A DNA stretch of 64,000 bases from an uncultured Acidimicrobiia bacterium (GCA_963836545.1 CAWIKD010000005.1:55186-119185), one strand, 5' to 3'; shown: positions 24,163-34,227, numbered from the stretch's first letter. The notes: generated from the sequence alone by a model not told the origin. Made by a program: numbers and translations.

Positions 24163-24995
24163 GCTACCCGTCGCCGGTGGTCCAGCTCGCCCGCCACACA
24201 CGGACCCAGGTGAAGCTGTTCGCCCGCACGCCGATCGCGGTGTTCTTCGTCATCCTCCTGCCGCTGATCATGCTCGTGCTGTTCAACGCGCTGTTCGGGA
24301 GCAACACCGTGGACACCGGCTTCGGCCAGTGGAAGACGAGCCAGTTCTACACCGGCTCGCTGGCGGCGTTCACGGCCGTGTCGGCGACGTTCACGAGCCT
24401 CGCCAACACCGTGCCGATCCGGCGTGACGAGGGCGTGCTCAAGCGCTGGCGGGGCACGCCGGAGCGACCGTGGGTCGTGCTCGGCGGGATGATCGGGGCG
24501 TCCATCCTGCTCGCCGCCGTCGGCGCGATCGTGATGATCGCGCTCGGCCTCGCTGCCTACGACCTCGAGATCGAGGCCGCCAAGGTGCCCGCCATGATCG
24601 TGACCTTCCTCGTTGGTGTCGCCGCGTTCGCGGCCATGGGGATGGCGGTCGCCGGCATCTGTCCCAACGCCAGCGCAGCATCGGCGCTGGCCAACGTGAT
24701 CATCCTGCCGATGGCGTTCATCTCCGACGTCTTCATCGCCATCGAGGACCCGCCCAGCTGGCTGGCCACGCTCGGCGACATCCTCCCGTTGAAGCCGTTC
24801 GCCCAGGCGTTCCAGAACTGCTTCAACCCGGAGGTCGCGGCCCCGGCGTTCGACTGGCCGCGCCTCGCCCGGGTCGCCGCGTGGGGCGTCGTCGGGCTGC
24901 TGGTCGCCCTCAAGTGGTTCCGCTGGGAGCCGTCGAAGGGCGGCACGACGCGCGGCCGCCGGTCGCGTGCCGCGGCCGCCGCCAGCGAGGGCTGA
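24159..24995 (+). CDS. ABC-2 type transporter permease
   Basis: ATGA start/stop overlap with the ATPase gene. Six hydrophobic segments over 279 aa. Confidence 0.8.
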   Translation: MSYPSPVVQLARHTRTQVKLFARTPIAVFFVILLPLIMLVLFNALFGSNTVDTGFGQWKTSQFYTGSLAAFTAVSATFTSLANTVPIRRDEGVLKRWRGTPERPWVVLGGMIGASILLAAVGAIVMIALGLAAYDLEIEAAKVPAMIVTFLVGVAAFAAMGMAVAGICPNASAASALANVIILPMAFISDVFIAIEDPPSWLATLGDILPLKPFAQAFQNCFNPEVAAPAFDWPRLARVAAWGVVGLLVALKWFRWEPSKGGTTRGRRSRAAAAASEG

Positions 24996-25020
24996 GCCGG
25001 CGATCCGTCAAGATGGCGGC

Positions 25021-26163
25021 ATGCACCCGGAGCTGACCGATGAGCACGAGGCGCTGCGATCCGTCGTGCGCGAGTTCGTGGAGGCCGAGATCGAGCCGCA
25101 CGCCGAGGCGTGGGACCGCGACCACACGTTCCCCGTCGACACCGTGCTGGCGATGGGCGAGCTCGGGCTGTTCGGCATCCCGTTCCCCGAGCCGTACGGC
25201 GGCGGCGGCGACCTGACCGGCCTGTGCGTGGCCATCGAGGAGATCGCCCGCGCCGATCAGTCGCTGGCCATCACGCTGGAGGCCGGGGTCGGACTCGGCG
25301 CCAACCCGATCTACAAGTTCGGGACACCGGAGCAGCAGGAGCGCTGGCTGCCCGACCTGTGCGCCGGCCGCACGCTCGGTGGCTTCGGGCTGACCGAGCC
25401 CGATGCCGGCAGCGACGCCGGCGGGACCCGGACGAAGGCCCGGCTCGACGAGGAGGCGGGGGAGTGGGTGATCGACGGCGAGAAGTCGTTCATCACGAAC
25501 TCGGGCACGCCGATCACGTCGCTCGTCACCGTCACGGCGCTGACCGGGCCGGGCGAGATCTCGACGATCATCGTGCCCGCCGGCACGCCCGGCTTCGAGG
25601 TCCAGCCGCCGTACCGCAAGATGGGCTGGCACGCGTCGGACACCCACGGGCTGACGTTCGTCGAGTGCCGTGTCCCGCAGGAGCACCTGCTCGGGCCGCA
25701 GGGTCGCGGCTTCGCCCAGTTCCTCGAGATCCTCGACGAGGGGCGCATCGCCATCGCCGCGCTGGCCGTCGGGGTGATCCAGCGCTGCGTCGACGACTCG
25801 GTCGCCTACGCCAACGAGCGCCACACGTTCGGCCGGCCGATCGGCTCCAACCAGGGCATCGCCTTCCGCTGCGCCGACATGCAGGTCGCCGGCGCCGCCG
25901 CCCGCCGCCTCGTGTACCACGCGGCGTGGCTGCGCGACACCGGGCGCCCGTTCAAGACCGAGGCGGCGCAGGCCAAGCTGTTCGCCACCGAGGCGGCGAT
26001 CGAGGCCACGCGCTCGGCGACGCAGGTGTTCGGCGGCTACGGGTTCATGGACGAGACGCCGGTGTCCCGGCACTACCGCGACGCCAAGATCCTGGAGATC
26101 GGCGAGGGCACCAGCGAGGTCCAGCGGATGGTGATCAGCCGCGCCCTCGGGCTGCGGGTGTGA
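25021..26163 (+). CDS. acyl-CoA dehydrogenase
   Basis: MHPELTDEHEALR..FGLTEPDAGSDAGG..QVFGGYGFMDETPVSRHYRDAKILEIGEGTSEVQR: classic ACAD N-terminal, middle and C-terminal domains. Confidence 0.9.
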   Translation: MHPELTDEHEALRSVVREFVEAEIEPHAEAWDRDHTFPVDTVLAMGELGLFGIPFPEPYGGGGDLTGLCVAIEEIARADQSLAITLEAGVGLGANPIYKFGTPEQQERWLPDLCAGRTLGGFGLTEPDAGSDAGGTRTKARLDEEAGEWVIDGEKSFITNSGTPITSLVTVTALTGPGEISTIIVPAGTPGFEVQPPYRKMGWHASDTHGLTFVECRVPQEHLLGPQGRGFAQFLEILDEGRIAIAALAVGVIQRCVDDSVAYANERHTFGRPIGSNQGIAFRCADMQVAGAAARRLVYHAAWLRDTGRPFKTEAAQAKLFATEAAIEATRSATQVFGGYGFMDETPVSRHYRDAKILEIGEGTSEVQRMVISRALGLRV

Positions 26164-26164
26164 C

Positions 26165-27037
26165 TCAGCCGACCGCCGCCGTCGACTGCGATTGCGACTG
26201 TGATTGCGATTGCGGCGCCGGGGTCTTGACGCCCTTCGGCTTGCGGAAGAAGAGGTAGAGCACGGGGATCAGGTAGCCGAGGTAGCCGATGACCTGCTCG
26301 ATCGACGGCCGCGGGTCCCAGCCGAAGATGCCGGCGAGGAAGCGGCCGGACTGGCTGTCCTGGGTCAGCCAGCGGTAGCGGGTCAGGTCGTAGACGTCGT
26401 TGGCGTTCCACGAGCCGAGGTCGCCGCTCGCCTGGAAGAACAGGATCGCCCGGCTCACCAGGCCGGCGGCGAACAGGATGATCAGCACGCCGGTGATCTG
26501 GAAGAACCGGCGCATGTTGAACTTGTGGGCGCCCTGGTAGACGATCACGCCGAGCACCGTCGCCGCGGCGAGCCCGAGCAGCGTGCCGGCGATGATGCTG
26601 CCGCCGCCGTCGTTGGTGGTCGTCGAGATCAGGAAGAGCGCCGTCTCGAGGCCTTCGCGCAGCACGGCGACGCCGGCGACGAGGCCGAGGGCGATCCCCG
26701 ACTGGGCGGCGATGGCGGCCGCCGCCTTGCCCTCGAGCTCACCTTTCAGGGCCCGGGCGTGGGTCCGCATCCAGAAGATCATCCAGGTCAGCAGCAGGGC
26801 GGCGGCGACGCAGATGATGCCGAACGTGCGCAGGCGAGCCGTGCCCTCGAGGCCGTCCAGCGTGACCTGCAGGATGATGCCGACGAGCACGGCGATGGCG
26901 AGGGCGATCCCGGTGCCGGCCCACACCCACTTCGCCTGATCCGGGCGTTCACTGCGCTTCACGAACGCGAGCACGATGGCGACGATCAGTGCTGCTTCGA
27001 AGCCCTCTCGAAGCGCGATGAGGAAGCTCTCACCCAT
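26165..27037 (-). CDS. FTR1-family high-affinity iron permease (EfeU-like)
   Basis: Two REGxE motifs (REGFEAALIV, REGLETALFL), seven TM segments. The C-terminus carries a (QS)5 repeat. Confidence 0.8.
   Translation of the reverse strand: MGESFLIALREGFEAALIVAIVLAFVKRSERPDQAKWVWAGTGIALAIAVLVGIILQVTLDGLEGTARLRTFGIICVAAALLLTWMIFWMRTHARALKGELEGKAAAAIAAQSGIALGLVAGVAVLREGLETALFLISTTTNDGGGSIIAGTLLGLAAATVLGVIVYQGAHKFNMRRFFQITGVLIILFAAGLVSRAILFFQASGDLGSWNANDVYDLTRYRWLTQDSQSGRFLAGIFGWDPRPSIEQVIGYLGYLIPVLYLFFRKPKGVKTPAPQSQSQSQSQSTAAVG
26184..26213 (+). repeat. hexanucleotide tandem repeat (GAYTGY)x5 encoding the C-terminal (QS)5 tail of the FTR1 permease
   Basis: GACTGCGATTGCGACTGTGATTGCGATTGC read directly. 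Confidence 0.7.
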
Positions 27038-27084
27038 ATGTCAGGAGTGCTTAACACACGGACCCGCGGTCCGGAAGTCGCTCG

Positions 27085-27987
27085 TCAGTAGTGGTAGGGG
27101 ACGCCGGTCCAGTCGGGCGGCCGCTTCTCCAGGAACGCGTCGCGTCCCTCGGCCGCTTCGTCGCTGGCGTAGGCCAACCGGGTCGCCTCGCCGGCGAACA
27201 GCTGCTGGCCGACGAGCCCGTCGTCGATCAGGTTGAACGCGTACTTCAGCATCCGCTGCGCCGTCGGGCTCTTGGCGTTGACGGCCGCCGCCCACTCCAG
27301 CGCCGTGCGCTCGAGGTCGGCGTGGGCCACGGCGGCGTTGATCGCGCCCATCCGGTAGTAGTCGGCCGCCGAGTACTCGCGGCCGAGGAAGAAGATCTCG
27401 CGGGCGAACTTCTGGCCGACCTGGCGGGCCAGGTAGGCCGAGCCGAAGCCGCCGTCGAAGCTGGCGACGTCGGCGTCGGTCTGCTTGAAGCGGGCGTGCT
27501 CCTCGCTGGCCAACGTGAGGTCGCACACGACCTGCAGGCTGTGCCCGCCGCCGGCCGCCCAGCCGGGCACGACGCAGATGACGACCTTGGGCATGAACCG
27601 GATCAGGCGCTGGACCTCGAGGATGTGCAAGCGCCCGGCGCGGCCGGGCTCGATGTCCTTGGCTTCCTCCGAGCTCGAGTACTTGTAGCCGTCCTTGCCG
27701 CGGATGCGCTGGTCGCCGCCCGAGCAGAACGCCCAGACGCCGTCTCGTGGCGAGGGGCCGTTGCCGGTCAGCAGGACGCAGCCGACGTCGGTCGACATGC
27801 GGGCGTGGTCGAGCGCCGTGTACAGCTCGTCGACGGTGTGCGGTCGGAACGCGTTGCGGACCTCGGGCCGGTGGAACGCGACCCGTACCGTCCCCTGGTC
27901 CACGGCACGGTGGTACGTGATGTCGGTGAAGTCGAAGCCCTCGACCTCACGCCAGGCTGATGGATCGAACAACTCGCTCACCGGCAC
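27085..27987 (-). CDS. menB: 1,4-dihydroxy-2-naphthoyl-CoA synthase (crotonase fold)
   Basis: 300 aa. FTDITYH..VRVAFHRPEVRNAF..FCSGGDQ..GYKYSSSEE..VPGWAAGGGH..PYHY: a full-length match to MenB. Confidence 0.85.
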   Translation of the reverse strand: MPVSELFDPSAWREVEGFDFTDITYHRAVDQGTVRVAFHRPEVRNAFRPHTVDELYTALDHARMSTDVGCVLLTGNGPSPRDGVWAFCSGGDQRIRGKDGYKYSSSEEAKDIEPGRAGRLHILEVQRLIRFMPKVVICVVPGWAAGGGHSLQVVCDLTLASEEHARFKQTDADVASFDGGFGSAYLARQVGQKFAREIFFLGREYSAADYYRMGAINAAVAHADLERTALEWAAAVNAKSPTAQRMLKYAFNLIDDGLVGQQLFAGEATRLAYASDEAAEGRDAFLEKRPPDWTGVPYHY

Positions 27988-28028
27988 GCCAGGAGCGTAA
28001 GGGGAGTCCGACGATTACCGTCCCGGGC

Positions 28029-28757
28029 ATGCACATCGCGGGGGTCAAGGGGCTGCCGGAGATCAACCCGGGCGACGACCTGGCGGCGCTGATCATGGCG
28101 ACCGGCGAGGTCGTCGACGGCGACGTCGTCGTCGTGACGTCGAAGATCGTGTCCAAGGCCGAGGGCCGCATCGTCGAGCTCGACGCCGTGACGCCGTCCG
28201 GGTTCGCCACCGACTGGGCGACGAAGTGGGACAAGGACCCCCGGGTGGTCGAGCTCGTGCTGCAGGAGTCGAAGCGCATCGTGCGGATGGTCGGGCCGGT
28301 GATGATCACCGAGACCCACCACGGCTTCGTGTGCGCCAACAGCGGGATCGACCAGAGCTCGAGTGGCGCCCACGGCCGGGTGGTGCTGCTCCCGGAGGAT
28401 TCCGACGCCTCGGCCCGCCGCATCCGGGGCCGGTTCGCCGAGCTCGGCGCCGACGTGGCCGTCATCATCAGCGACACGTTCGGGCGCCCGTGGCGCGAGG
28501 GGCAGACCGACGTCGCCGTGGGAGTCGCCGGCATCGCGCCGATGCACAGCTACATCGGCGAGGTCGATCCGCACGGCCACGAGTTCCGGGTGCAGGAGCT
28601 GTGCGTCGTCGACGAGCTGGCGGCCGCCGCCGAGCTGGTGAAGGGCAACACCAGCCGGGTGCCGGTCGCCGTCATCCGCGACTTCGCCTGGCAGCGCGAC
28701 GACGAGGCGTCGATGCGGACCGTGATCCGCGACGCCGAGCGCGACCTCTTCCGCTGA
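28029..28757 (+). CDS. cofE: coenzyme F420-0:L-glutamate ligase (CofE / FbiB N-domain-like)
   Basis: MHIAGVKGLPEINPGDDLAALI..VVVTSKIVSKAEGR..CANSGIDQS..VIISDTFGRPWREGQTDVA: the CofE family pattern. Confidence 0.75.
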   Translation: MHIAGVKGLPEINPGDDLAALIMATGEVVDGDVVVVTSKIVSKAEGRIVELDAVTPSGFATDWATKWDKDPRVVELVLQESKRIVRMVGPVMITETHHGFVCANSGIDQSSSGAHGRVVLLPEDSDASARRIRGRFAELGADVAVIISDTFGRPWREGQTDVAVGVAGIAPMHSYIGEVDPHGHEFRVQELCVVDELAAAAELVKGNTSRVPVAVIRDFAWQRDDEASMRTVIRDAERDLFR

Positions 28758-28758
28758 G

Positions 28759-29073
28759 CTAGGCGCGCAGGTCGTCGAGCTCGGGGTGCACGCCGAGGTA
28801 CTCCTCGACGAACCAGCACGTGGCCACCACCTTGTGGCCGCTGTCGCGGACGTCGGCGAGGGCCCGCCCGATGAGGTCGGCGGCGTAGCCGTTGCCGCGA
28901 TGGGCGGGCGGCGTGAGCGTGTGGTGGAACACGAGCGTGCCGTCATCGAGCGGGCGGTAGTCGGCGAGCGACACCGTCTCGCCGTCGCGGACGAGGCGGT
29001 ACTGGTGGGCGGTCTCGTCGTGCTCGAGCGTCGTGGTCACACCGTCATTCAACCCGTCGCGCCCGATCATCAA
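28759..29073 (-). CDS. small GNAT-family N-acetyltransferase (YjdJ-like)
   Basis: 104 aa. FHHTLTPPAHRGNGYAADLIGRAL..HKVVATCWFV is the GNAT_acetyltran-like core. Confidence 0.55.
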   Translation of the reverse strand: MMIGRDGLNDGVTTTLEHDETAHQYRLVRDGETVSLADYRPLDDGTLVFHHTLTPPAHRGNGYAADLIGRALADVRDSGHKVVATCWFVEEYLGVHPELDDLRA

Positions 29074-31628
29074 TCCAACCGGCGGATGGGGCCGTCGGGC
29101 GGGCGGGCGACGCCGACTCGGATCACCGCGTCGGTCACGGCAACGCCCTCGGCAGAGGCGATGATCGGGTTGAGGTCGACCGAGGAGATCTCGTCGTGGT
29201 CGCTGATCAGCTGGGCGACGCGCATCAGCGTGTCGACGACCGGCCCCGGCGCGAGGCCGGCCCCCTCGAGGGCTGGGCCGGCGCGCGAGCCGGCCAACAG
29301 GGCGGCCGCGCTGGCCGACGACAGCGGTGCCAACCGCGAGGCCTCGTCGCTGACCAGGTCGGCCGTCGAGCTCCCCAGCCCGATCGCCACCAACGGACCG
29401 AGCTTGTCGTCGACGGTGCTGCGGATGCGCAGGTCGAGACCCGGCGCGACCATCGGCTGCACGCGCACGGACGCCGCATCGTCGCCGAGCGCCTCGCGCA
29501 TCACCCCGACGGCCTCGAGGACGTCGGCCTCGTGGGCCAGGTCGAGGGCGACGCCGGCCCGCACCGAGCGCCCGAGGTGGCGGCGCTCGGCCTTCACCGC
29601 GACCGGGTAGCCGATCTCCGAGGCGAGGGCGACGGCGTCCTCGGCCGGGCCACAGCGGGTCTCCGGCGCCACGACCCCATAGGCGCGCAGCACGGTGCCG
29701 ACGGCATCGACGTCGAGGTGGTCGTCACCTCGCTCGACGGCCGCTGTGATCGTGGCGTGGGCGCCGGCGCGGTCGATGTCACCGACATCGGTCACGCTGG
29801 CCGCCGACTCGTCGGTGAGCCAGGCGCCGTAGAGGTGGACGCGACCGAGGACGCCCGCCGCCGGCTCGGGGAACCCGAACGCCGGCAGGGTCGAGCCCGG
29901 ACGCAGCGGTCCGTCGCGCCCGCCCATCAGCACGGTCACGATCGGCTTGGTGGCGCCGACCGCGGCGGCCTCGATGGCTGCCACCGGCGCGTCGACCAGC
30001 TCGGCCAGGGGTGGCGCGTGCACGACCATCACCGCGTGGACGGTGTCGTCGGCGAGGGCGGCGCGCAGTGCCGCCGCGTAGTCGTCGGGCGTCGAGCGCC
30101 AGTCGAGCGGCGGCGTGCTCGGCACGACCTCGAGGCGCGCCGTGTGCAGCGCCGCTTCGCTGAGGGTGTGCGGGCTGCGGGCGTTGGACAGCAGCGCGAC
30201 GCGCGGCCCCGTCATGATCGGCTGGGTGGCGAGGACTCGGGCGGTGTCGAGCATGGCCGCGACCGTCGGGACCTCGATGAGACCGGCCTGCTGGTAGAGC
30301 GCGCCGCCCGTCGGACCGATCGCCGCGGCACCGGTGCGCACGGCCACGATCGGACGGTGCAGCGACACCCGCCGGGCGATGCGGGCGAACTTGCGGGCGT
30401 TGCCGAACGACTCGGTGTACATCGCGATCACCCGGGTCGTCTCGTCGTCCTCCCAGAACTGCAGCAGGTCGTTGCCCGACACGTCGCTCTTGTCGCCGAG
30501 CGACACGAACCACGACAGCCCCATGTGCAGGTCGGTGGCCAACCGCAGCACCGACGCACCCAACGACCCGGACTGCAGCGAGATGGCGACGCCGCCGGGC
30601 GACAGGTCGGCCGGCACGAGCAGGGCGTCGACACCGACCGATTCGCGCGGCGCGGCGACGCCCATGCTGCCGGGACCGATCAGGCGCACGCCGTAGTTGC
30701 GGGCCTTGGTCACGAGGGCGTCGATGTCGACGTCGGTCCCCTCGAGGGACGTCACGATGACCGCACCGCGGACCCGCGCCGCGATGCAGTCCTCCACGAC
30801 GGTCGGGAGGGCGGCGGCCGGCACGGCGACGACCGCCAGGTTGACGTCGGCGGGGACGTCCTGCAGGCGGGCGAACGCGGTGTGCCCGTCGACCGTGTCG
30901 TGGGCCGGGTTCACCGGGAACACCTCGCCCTTGGCCGCTGCGGTGACGTGCCGCCACAGGGCCCGCCCGATCGAGCCGCGCTCGTCGCTGGCCCCGACGA
31001 CGGCGATCGTTCGGGGCAGGAGCAGGCGGGCAACGGCGCGCGAGTCGGCGCGCTGCTCCCGGCGCTCGACGGAGTCGCGGAACTCGTCGGTCTCCTCGAG
31101 AGCGAAGTCGAGGTCGACGACGCCGCTGTCGAAGCGTCGCTCGACGGGCCAACCCGCACGGCTGAACACGGCCAGCATCGGGCGGTTGTCGGCGAGCACC
31201 TCGGCGGTGAAGCGCACGATGCCATTGGCGCGAGCGACGGTGGCCAGGTGCTCGAGCAGGAGCGTGGCGATCCCCTTGCCCTGGTGCGCATCGTCCACCT
31301 GGAAGGCGGCGTCGGCGTCGTCGCGACCGGCCCACCGCTCGTAGCTGGCCCACGCGATGAACTCGCCCTGCCGCTCCACGACGAGGGCCACCCGGTTCAC
31401 GAGGTCGACCTCCGTGAAGTGGCGGAGATCGGCTGCGCTCAGGTGCGGCTTCGGCGAGAAGTAGCGCCGATAGATGCTGTCGCGGGACTGCCGGTCGTGG
31501 AAGGCGGCCAGCGCCGGCGCATCGTCCGGACGGATCGGCCGCACGAGGGCGCTCTCGCCGTCGCCCAGCACGACGGTGCTCGACCAACGCTCGGTGGGCT
31601 CCGCGGTCGCGGGCGGTGCGGCGGCCAT
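29070..31628 (-). CDS. bifunctional GNAT acetyltransferase / NDP-forming acyl-CoA synthetase-domain protein (Pat-like protein lysine acetyltransferase, Streptomyces-type domain order)
   Basis: N-terminal GNAT domain (..QVDDAHQGKGIATLLLEHL..), then CoA-binding (IAVVGASDE), succinyl-CoA-synthetase-like and ATP-grasp regions over 852 aa, uninterrupted. Confidence 0.75.
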   Translation of the reverse strand: MAAAPPATAEPTERWSSTVVLGDGESALVRPIRPDDAPALAAFHDRQSRDSIYRRYFSPKPHLSAADLRHFTEVDLVNRVALVVERQGEFIAWASYERWAGRDDADAAFQVDDAHQGKGIATLLLEHLATVARANGIVRFTAEVLADNRPMLAVFSRAGWPVERRFDSGVVDLDFALEETDEFRDSVERREQRADSRAVARLLLPRTIAVVGASDERGSIGRALWRHVTAAAKGEVFPVNPAHDTVDGHTAFARLQDVPADVNLAVVAVPAAALPTVVEDCIAARVRGAVIVTSLEGTDVDIDALVTKARNYGVRLIGPGSMGVAAPRESVGVDALLVPADLSPGGVAISLQSGSLGASVLRLATDLHMGLSWFVSLGDKSDVSGNDLLQFWEDDETTRVIAMYTESFGNARKFARIARRVSLHRPIVAVRTGAAAIGPTGGALYQQAGLIEVPTVAAMLDTARVLATQPIMTGPRVALLSNARSPHTLSEAALHTARLEVVPSTPPLDWRSTPDDYAAALRAALADDTVHAVMVVHAPPLAELVDAPVAAIEAAAVGATKPIVTVLMGGRDGPLRPGSTLPAFGFPEPAAGVLGRVHLYGAWLTDESAASVTDVGDIDRAGAHATITAAVERGDDHLDVDAVGTVLRAYGVVAPETRCGPAEDAVALASEIGYPVAVKAERRHLGRSVRAGVALDLAHEADVLEAVGVMREALGDDAASVRVQPMVAPGLDLRIRSTVDDKLGPLVAIGLGSSTADLVSDEASRLAPLSSASAAALLAGSRAGPALEGAGLAPGPVVDTLMRVAQLISDHDEISSVDLNPIIASAEGVAVTDAVIRVGVARPPDGPIRRLD

Positions 31629-31674
31629 GGATCGATGATGCCACGGGGTTCCACGGCGCGGATCGTGGCCGGTG

Positions 31675-32334
31675 TCACCGTCGGCGGCGGGTACGCACGT
31701 CCTCCAACTCGACCTCGACGACGGTCCGCGCCGGAGCCCGACGGCGCGGCGGCGCCGGGCGAGCCCGGTAGCGGGTGCGGACCTCGCACGGCGGCTCCTC
31801 GGGTGGCGGCGTCGTCAGTTCGCCGCGGATGCGAGCCACGGTGTCGGGCCCCCAGATCCGGGCGACGACCAGGTACGCGGCGTCGATCGCGCTGGCCTGG
31901 CCGGTGGCCGTCACGAACGGTCCGTCGACGGCGACGCGGTCGTGGGAGACGGTGACGCCGTGGCGCTCGAGCAGCGGGCCGGCGAGCCAATGGGTCGCCG
32001 CCGTGCGGCCGCGCAGCACGCCGGCCGCGGCGAGCAGGGCCGAGCCGGTCGAGCTGGTCAGCACGAAGTCGGGCCGGACGGCGAGCGTCCATGCGGCGAT
32101 CTCGGGATGGCGATGGCTGCCGAGCCCGCCGGGCAGCACGACGATCGAGGCGTGGCGGACGTCGTCGAACGTGGCATCGACGATCTGCACGCCGCCCGGC
32201 CCGGCCACGGGGCCCTTGGCCGCGCCGACCGTGACGAGGTGGACGTCGGGCGCCCGGCCGAGCACCGACCGGAAGGCGTGGGTCTCATCGGCCAAAACGC
32301 CCTGGTAGGCGACGATGGCGACCTGTCGTTCCAT
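31675..32334 (-). CDS. DJ-1/PfpI-family protein (type-1 glutamine amidotransferase-like fold)
   Basis: MERQVAIVAYQGV..VVLPGGLG..LTSSTGSALLAAAGVL is the DJ-1/PfpI core. Confidence 0.6.
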   Translation of the reverse strand: MERQVAIVAYQGVLADETHAFRSVLGRAPDVHLVTVGAAKGPVAGPGGVQIVDATFDDVRHASIVVLPGGLGSHRHPEIAAWTLAVRPDFVLTSSTGSALLAAAGVLRGRTAATHWLAGPLLERHGVTVSHDRVAVDGPFVTATGQASAIDAAYLVVARIWGPDTVARIRGELTTPPPEEPPCEVRTRYRARPAPPRRRAPARTVVEVELEDVRTRRRR

Positions 32335-32394
32335 GTGTGCAACTCCCGTTCGGCGTGCAGTCTCGCGCGGCGACCGCGTCACGATCAGCGGCGT

Positions 32395-32817
32395 TCAGCG
32401 CCGGTTGCAGCGGGTGAACAGGCGGCGGTCCTTGCCCGGGCCGCTGACGTCCCACACGACGCGCATCGTCCGGAGGTCGGCGGCGATGACGACGAGCCCG
32501 CGATACGTGTCCGGTGGGCAGTCGTGGACGACCGGCGAGCCAGGGGACCACGGGTGGAAGGGGCGCCCATCGTCGAAGCACACGACCCAGCCCGCGGCCT
32601 CGTGGCGAACGACGAGCCGGCGGGTGACGGGGAGCTGTTGATCGCCCCACCTGAGCACGCCCTCCTCGCACCACGCCACGTCGTCGCCTTCGGCGGCGAG
32701 CGTCAGGGTTCCGACGACCCGCCCGAACTGGGGTGCCCCACCATCAGTCGGCCGATCGACGATCCGCCGGGCGAGGTCCCAGACGCCGAGCAGGTCGGTC
32801 GGTTCGACGGCCGGCAC
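32395..32817 (-). CDS. conserved hypothetical protein (~140 aa); start codon uncertain (GTG proposed)
   Basis: Sensible, non-repetitive text only in the last ~140 codons of ORF 32395..33162 (..LLGVWDLARRIVDRP..VVRHEAAGWVVCFDDGRPF..). Upstream codons are Ser/Arg/Pro-rich. Confidence 0.4.
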   Translation of the reverse strand: MPAVEPTDLLGVWDLARRIVDRPTDGGAPQFGRVVGTLTLAAEGDDVAWCEEGVLRWGDQQLPVTRRLVVRHEAAGWVVCFDDGRPFHPWSPGSPVVHDCPPDTYRGLVVIAADLRTMRVVWDVSGPGKDRRLFTRCNRR

Positions 32818-32839
32818 GGGCTCGAGTCTCGCGCCCAGG

Positions 32840-33634
32840 TCAGCGCGGTCGCCGGCCCCAGGTCTGGACGACCTGGGCCGTGGTGACGACGGTGTCGGGC
32901 CGCCCGATGACGGCGTCGAGCTCGGCGAGGAGGCCGTCGATCTCCGCATGGTCGGTCTGCCCGGCGGCCACGGCCGCGTCACGCAGCGCGTCGAGCGTGA
33001 GGCGCTGGATCCGCTTGCGGTCGCCGACCAGGGCCGCCGGCTGGGCGACGTGGACACCGACGTCGACGAGCCCGGCTGCGACCAGGTGCGGCGGGAGCTG
33101 CGGGCCGATGTTCGGATCTCCGCCGTTGGCCCGCACGGTGCGCGAGTAGATGTCGACGGCACGCTCGAACGCCGCCGACCGCGGCGCGCACCAGGCGCCG
33201 GCGATGTGGGTGTCCTCGATGATCAGCACGCCACCCGGCGCCAGCAGTCCGCCGAGCGCTCGGACCCAGCGTCGACCGTCGCCGAGATGGGACAGCAGGA
33301 AGCGGGCGTACACGACGTCCGCGAACGGACCCCGCTCGACCGTCGTCGCGACGTCCTCGACGATGAGCTCGACGTTCGCCGCGGCCTCGGCGCGGGCCAG
33401 CTCGACCTTGACCTCGTCGGCGTCCGTGCCGATCACCCGCCCGTCGATCGCCCGCGTCGCGAGCATTGCCGTGACCTCCCCGCCACCGCAGCCGACGTCG
33501 ATGCAGGCGGCGCTGCTGGGGATGCCCACGCGATCGAGCAGCGTTGCCGTCGTCGGCGCCATGACGGCCGACAGCACCCGCAAGCGCTCCCGGCCGACGG
33601 TGCCGCCACGGATGGTGTACGTCCCTGCTCGCAT
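32840..33634 (-). CDS. class I SAM-dependent methyltransferase
   Basis: MRAGTYTIRGGTVGRERLRVL..CIDVGCGGGEVTAMLA..VIGTDADE..GGVLIIED: motifs I and post-I. The upstream 334 codons of ORF 32840..34636 are Arg/Pro-rich non-coding. Confidence 0.7.
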   Translation of the reverse strand: MRAGTYTIRGGTVGRERLRVLSAVMAPTTATLLDRVGIPSSAACIDVGCGGGEVTAMLATRAIDGRVIGTDADEVKVELARAEAAANVELIVEDVATTVERGPFADVVYARFLLSHLGDGRRWVRALGGLLAPGGVLIIEDTHIAGAWCAPRSAAFERAVDIYSRTVRANGGDPNIGPQLPPHLVAAGLVDVGVHVAQPAALVGDRKRIQRLTLDALRDAAVAAGQTDHAEIDGLLAELDAVIGRPDTVVTTAQVVQTWGRRPR

Positions 33635-33717
33635 GGCTCTGAGCGTGCGCCCGTCCCTCACGACGACGCGTGGAGAGCACCCGGAGATCGGGTGGAGATC
33701 GGGCAGTCGCCGACCCG

Positions 33718-34227
33718 TCAGGTGAAGCGGTAGCGGGTGTGGCTGTAGGGGTCCTTGCCGAAGGCGTAGGCCCGGGACGGCTCGACGCGGAACACCTCGG
33801 CCCGTCCGCCGTGGTGGGCGAAGGCGCCGTCGGCGACGTCGAAGTGCCACTCCGCGCCGTACTTGTCCTCCCACGCCGCGGCCAGCGATCGCAGCTGGGC
33901 GTCGTCGGTGACCGGCGTCGCCGTTCCCTCGACGGCGATGTCGAGGCCGGCGTGCAGGGTGTTGGTGCCGGTGCTCATCAGCACGTCCGGGTTGGACGCG
34001 ATGTTGCGGGCCTTCTGCTCGTCGGGGCCGGTGCAGAAGTGCAGGGCGCCGTCGGCGTAGACGCCGATCAGCGGCGTCATGTGCGGGCCGCCGGACGCCC
34101 GCACCGACGTCAGCCAGTACAGCTCGGCGCCGCCGAGCGCCTGCTCGACGCTGGCCCACGGCGTCGCGGCGACGCTCTCGTCGCCGTAGCGGGCGTCCAG
34201 GTCGGGGGTCGGGGAGGAAGCGGTCAT
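33718..34227 (-). CDS. pyridoxamine 5'-phosphate oxidase-family protein (PPOX class, probably F420/FMN binding)
   Basis: 170 aa starting MTASSPTPDLD. ..AELYWLTSVRASGGPHMTPLIGVYADGALHFCTG..NPDVLMSTG.. is the PNPOx-like split-barrel pattern. Confidence 0.65.
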   Translation of the reverse strand: MTASSPTPDLDARYGDESVAATPWASVEQALGGAELYWLTSVRASGGPHMTPLIGVYADGALHFCTGPDEQKARNIASNPDVLMSTGTNTLHAGLDIAVEGTATPVTDDAQLRSLAAAWEDKYGAEWHFDVADGAFAHHGGRAEVFRVEPSRAYAFGKDPYSHTRYRFT

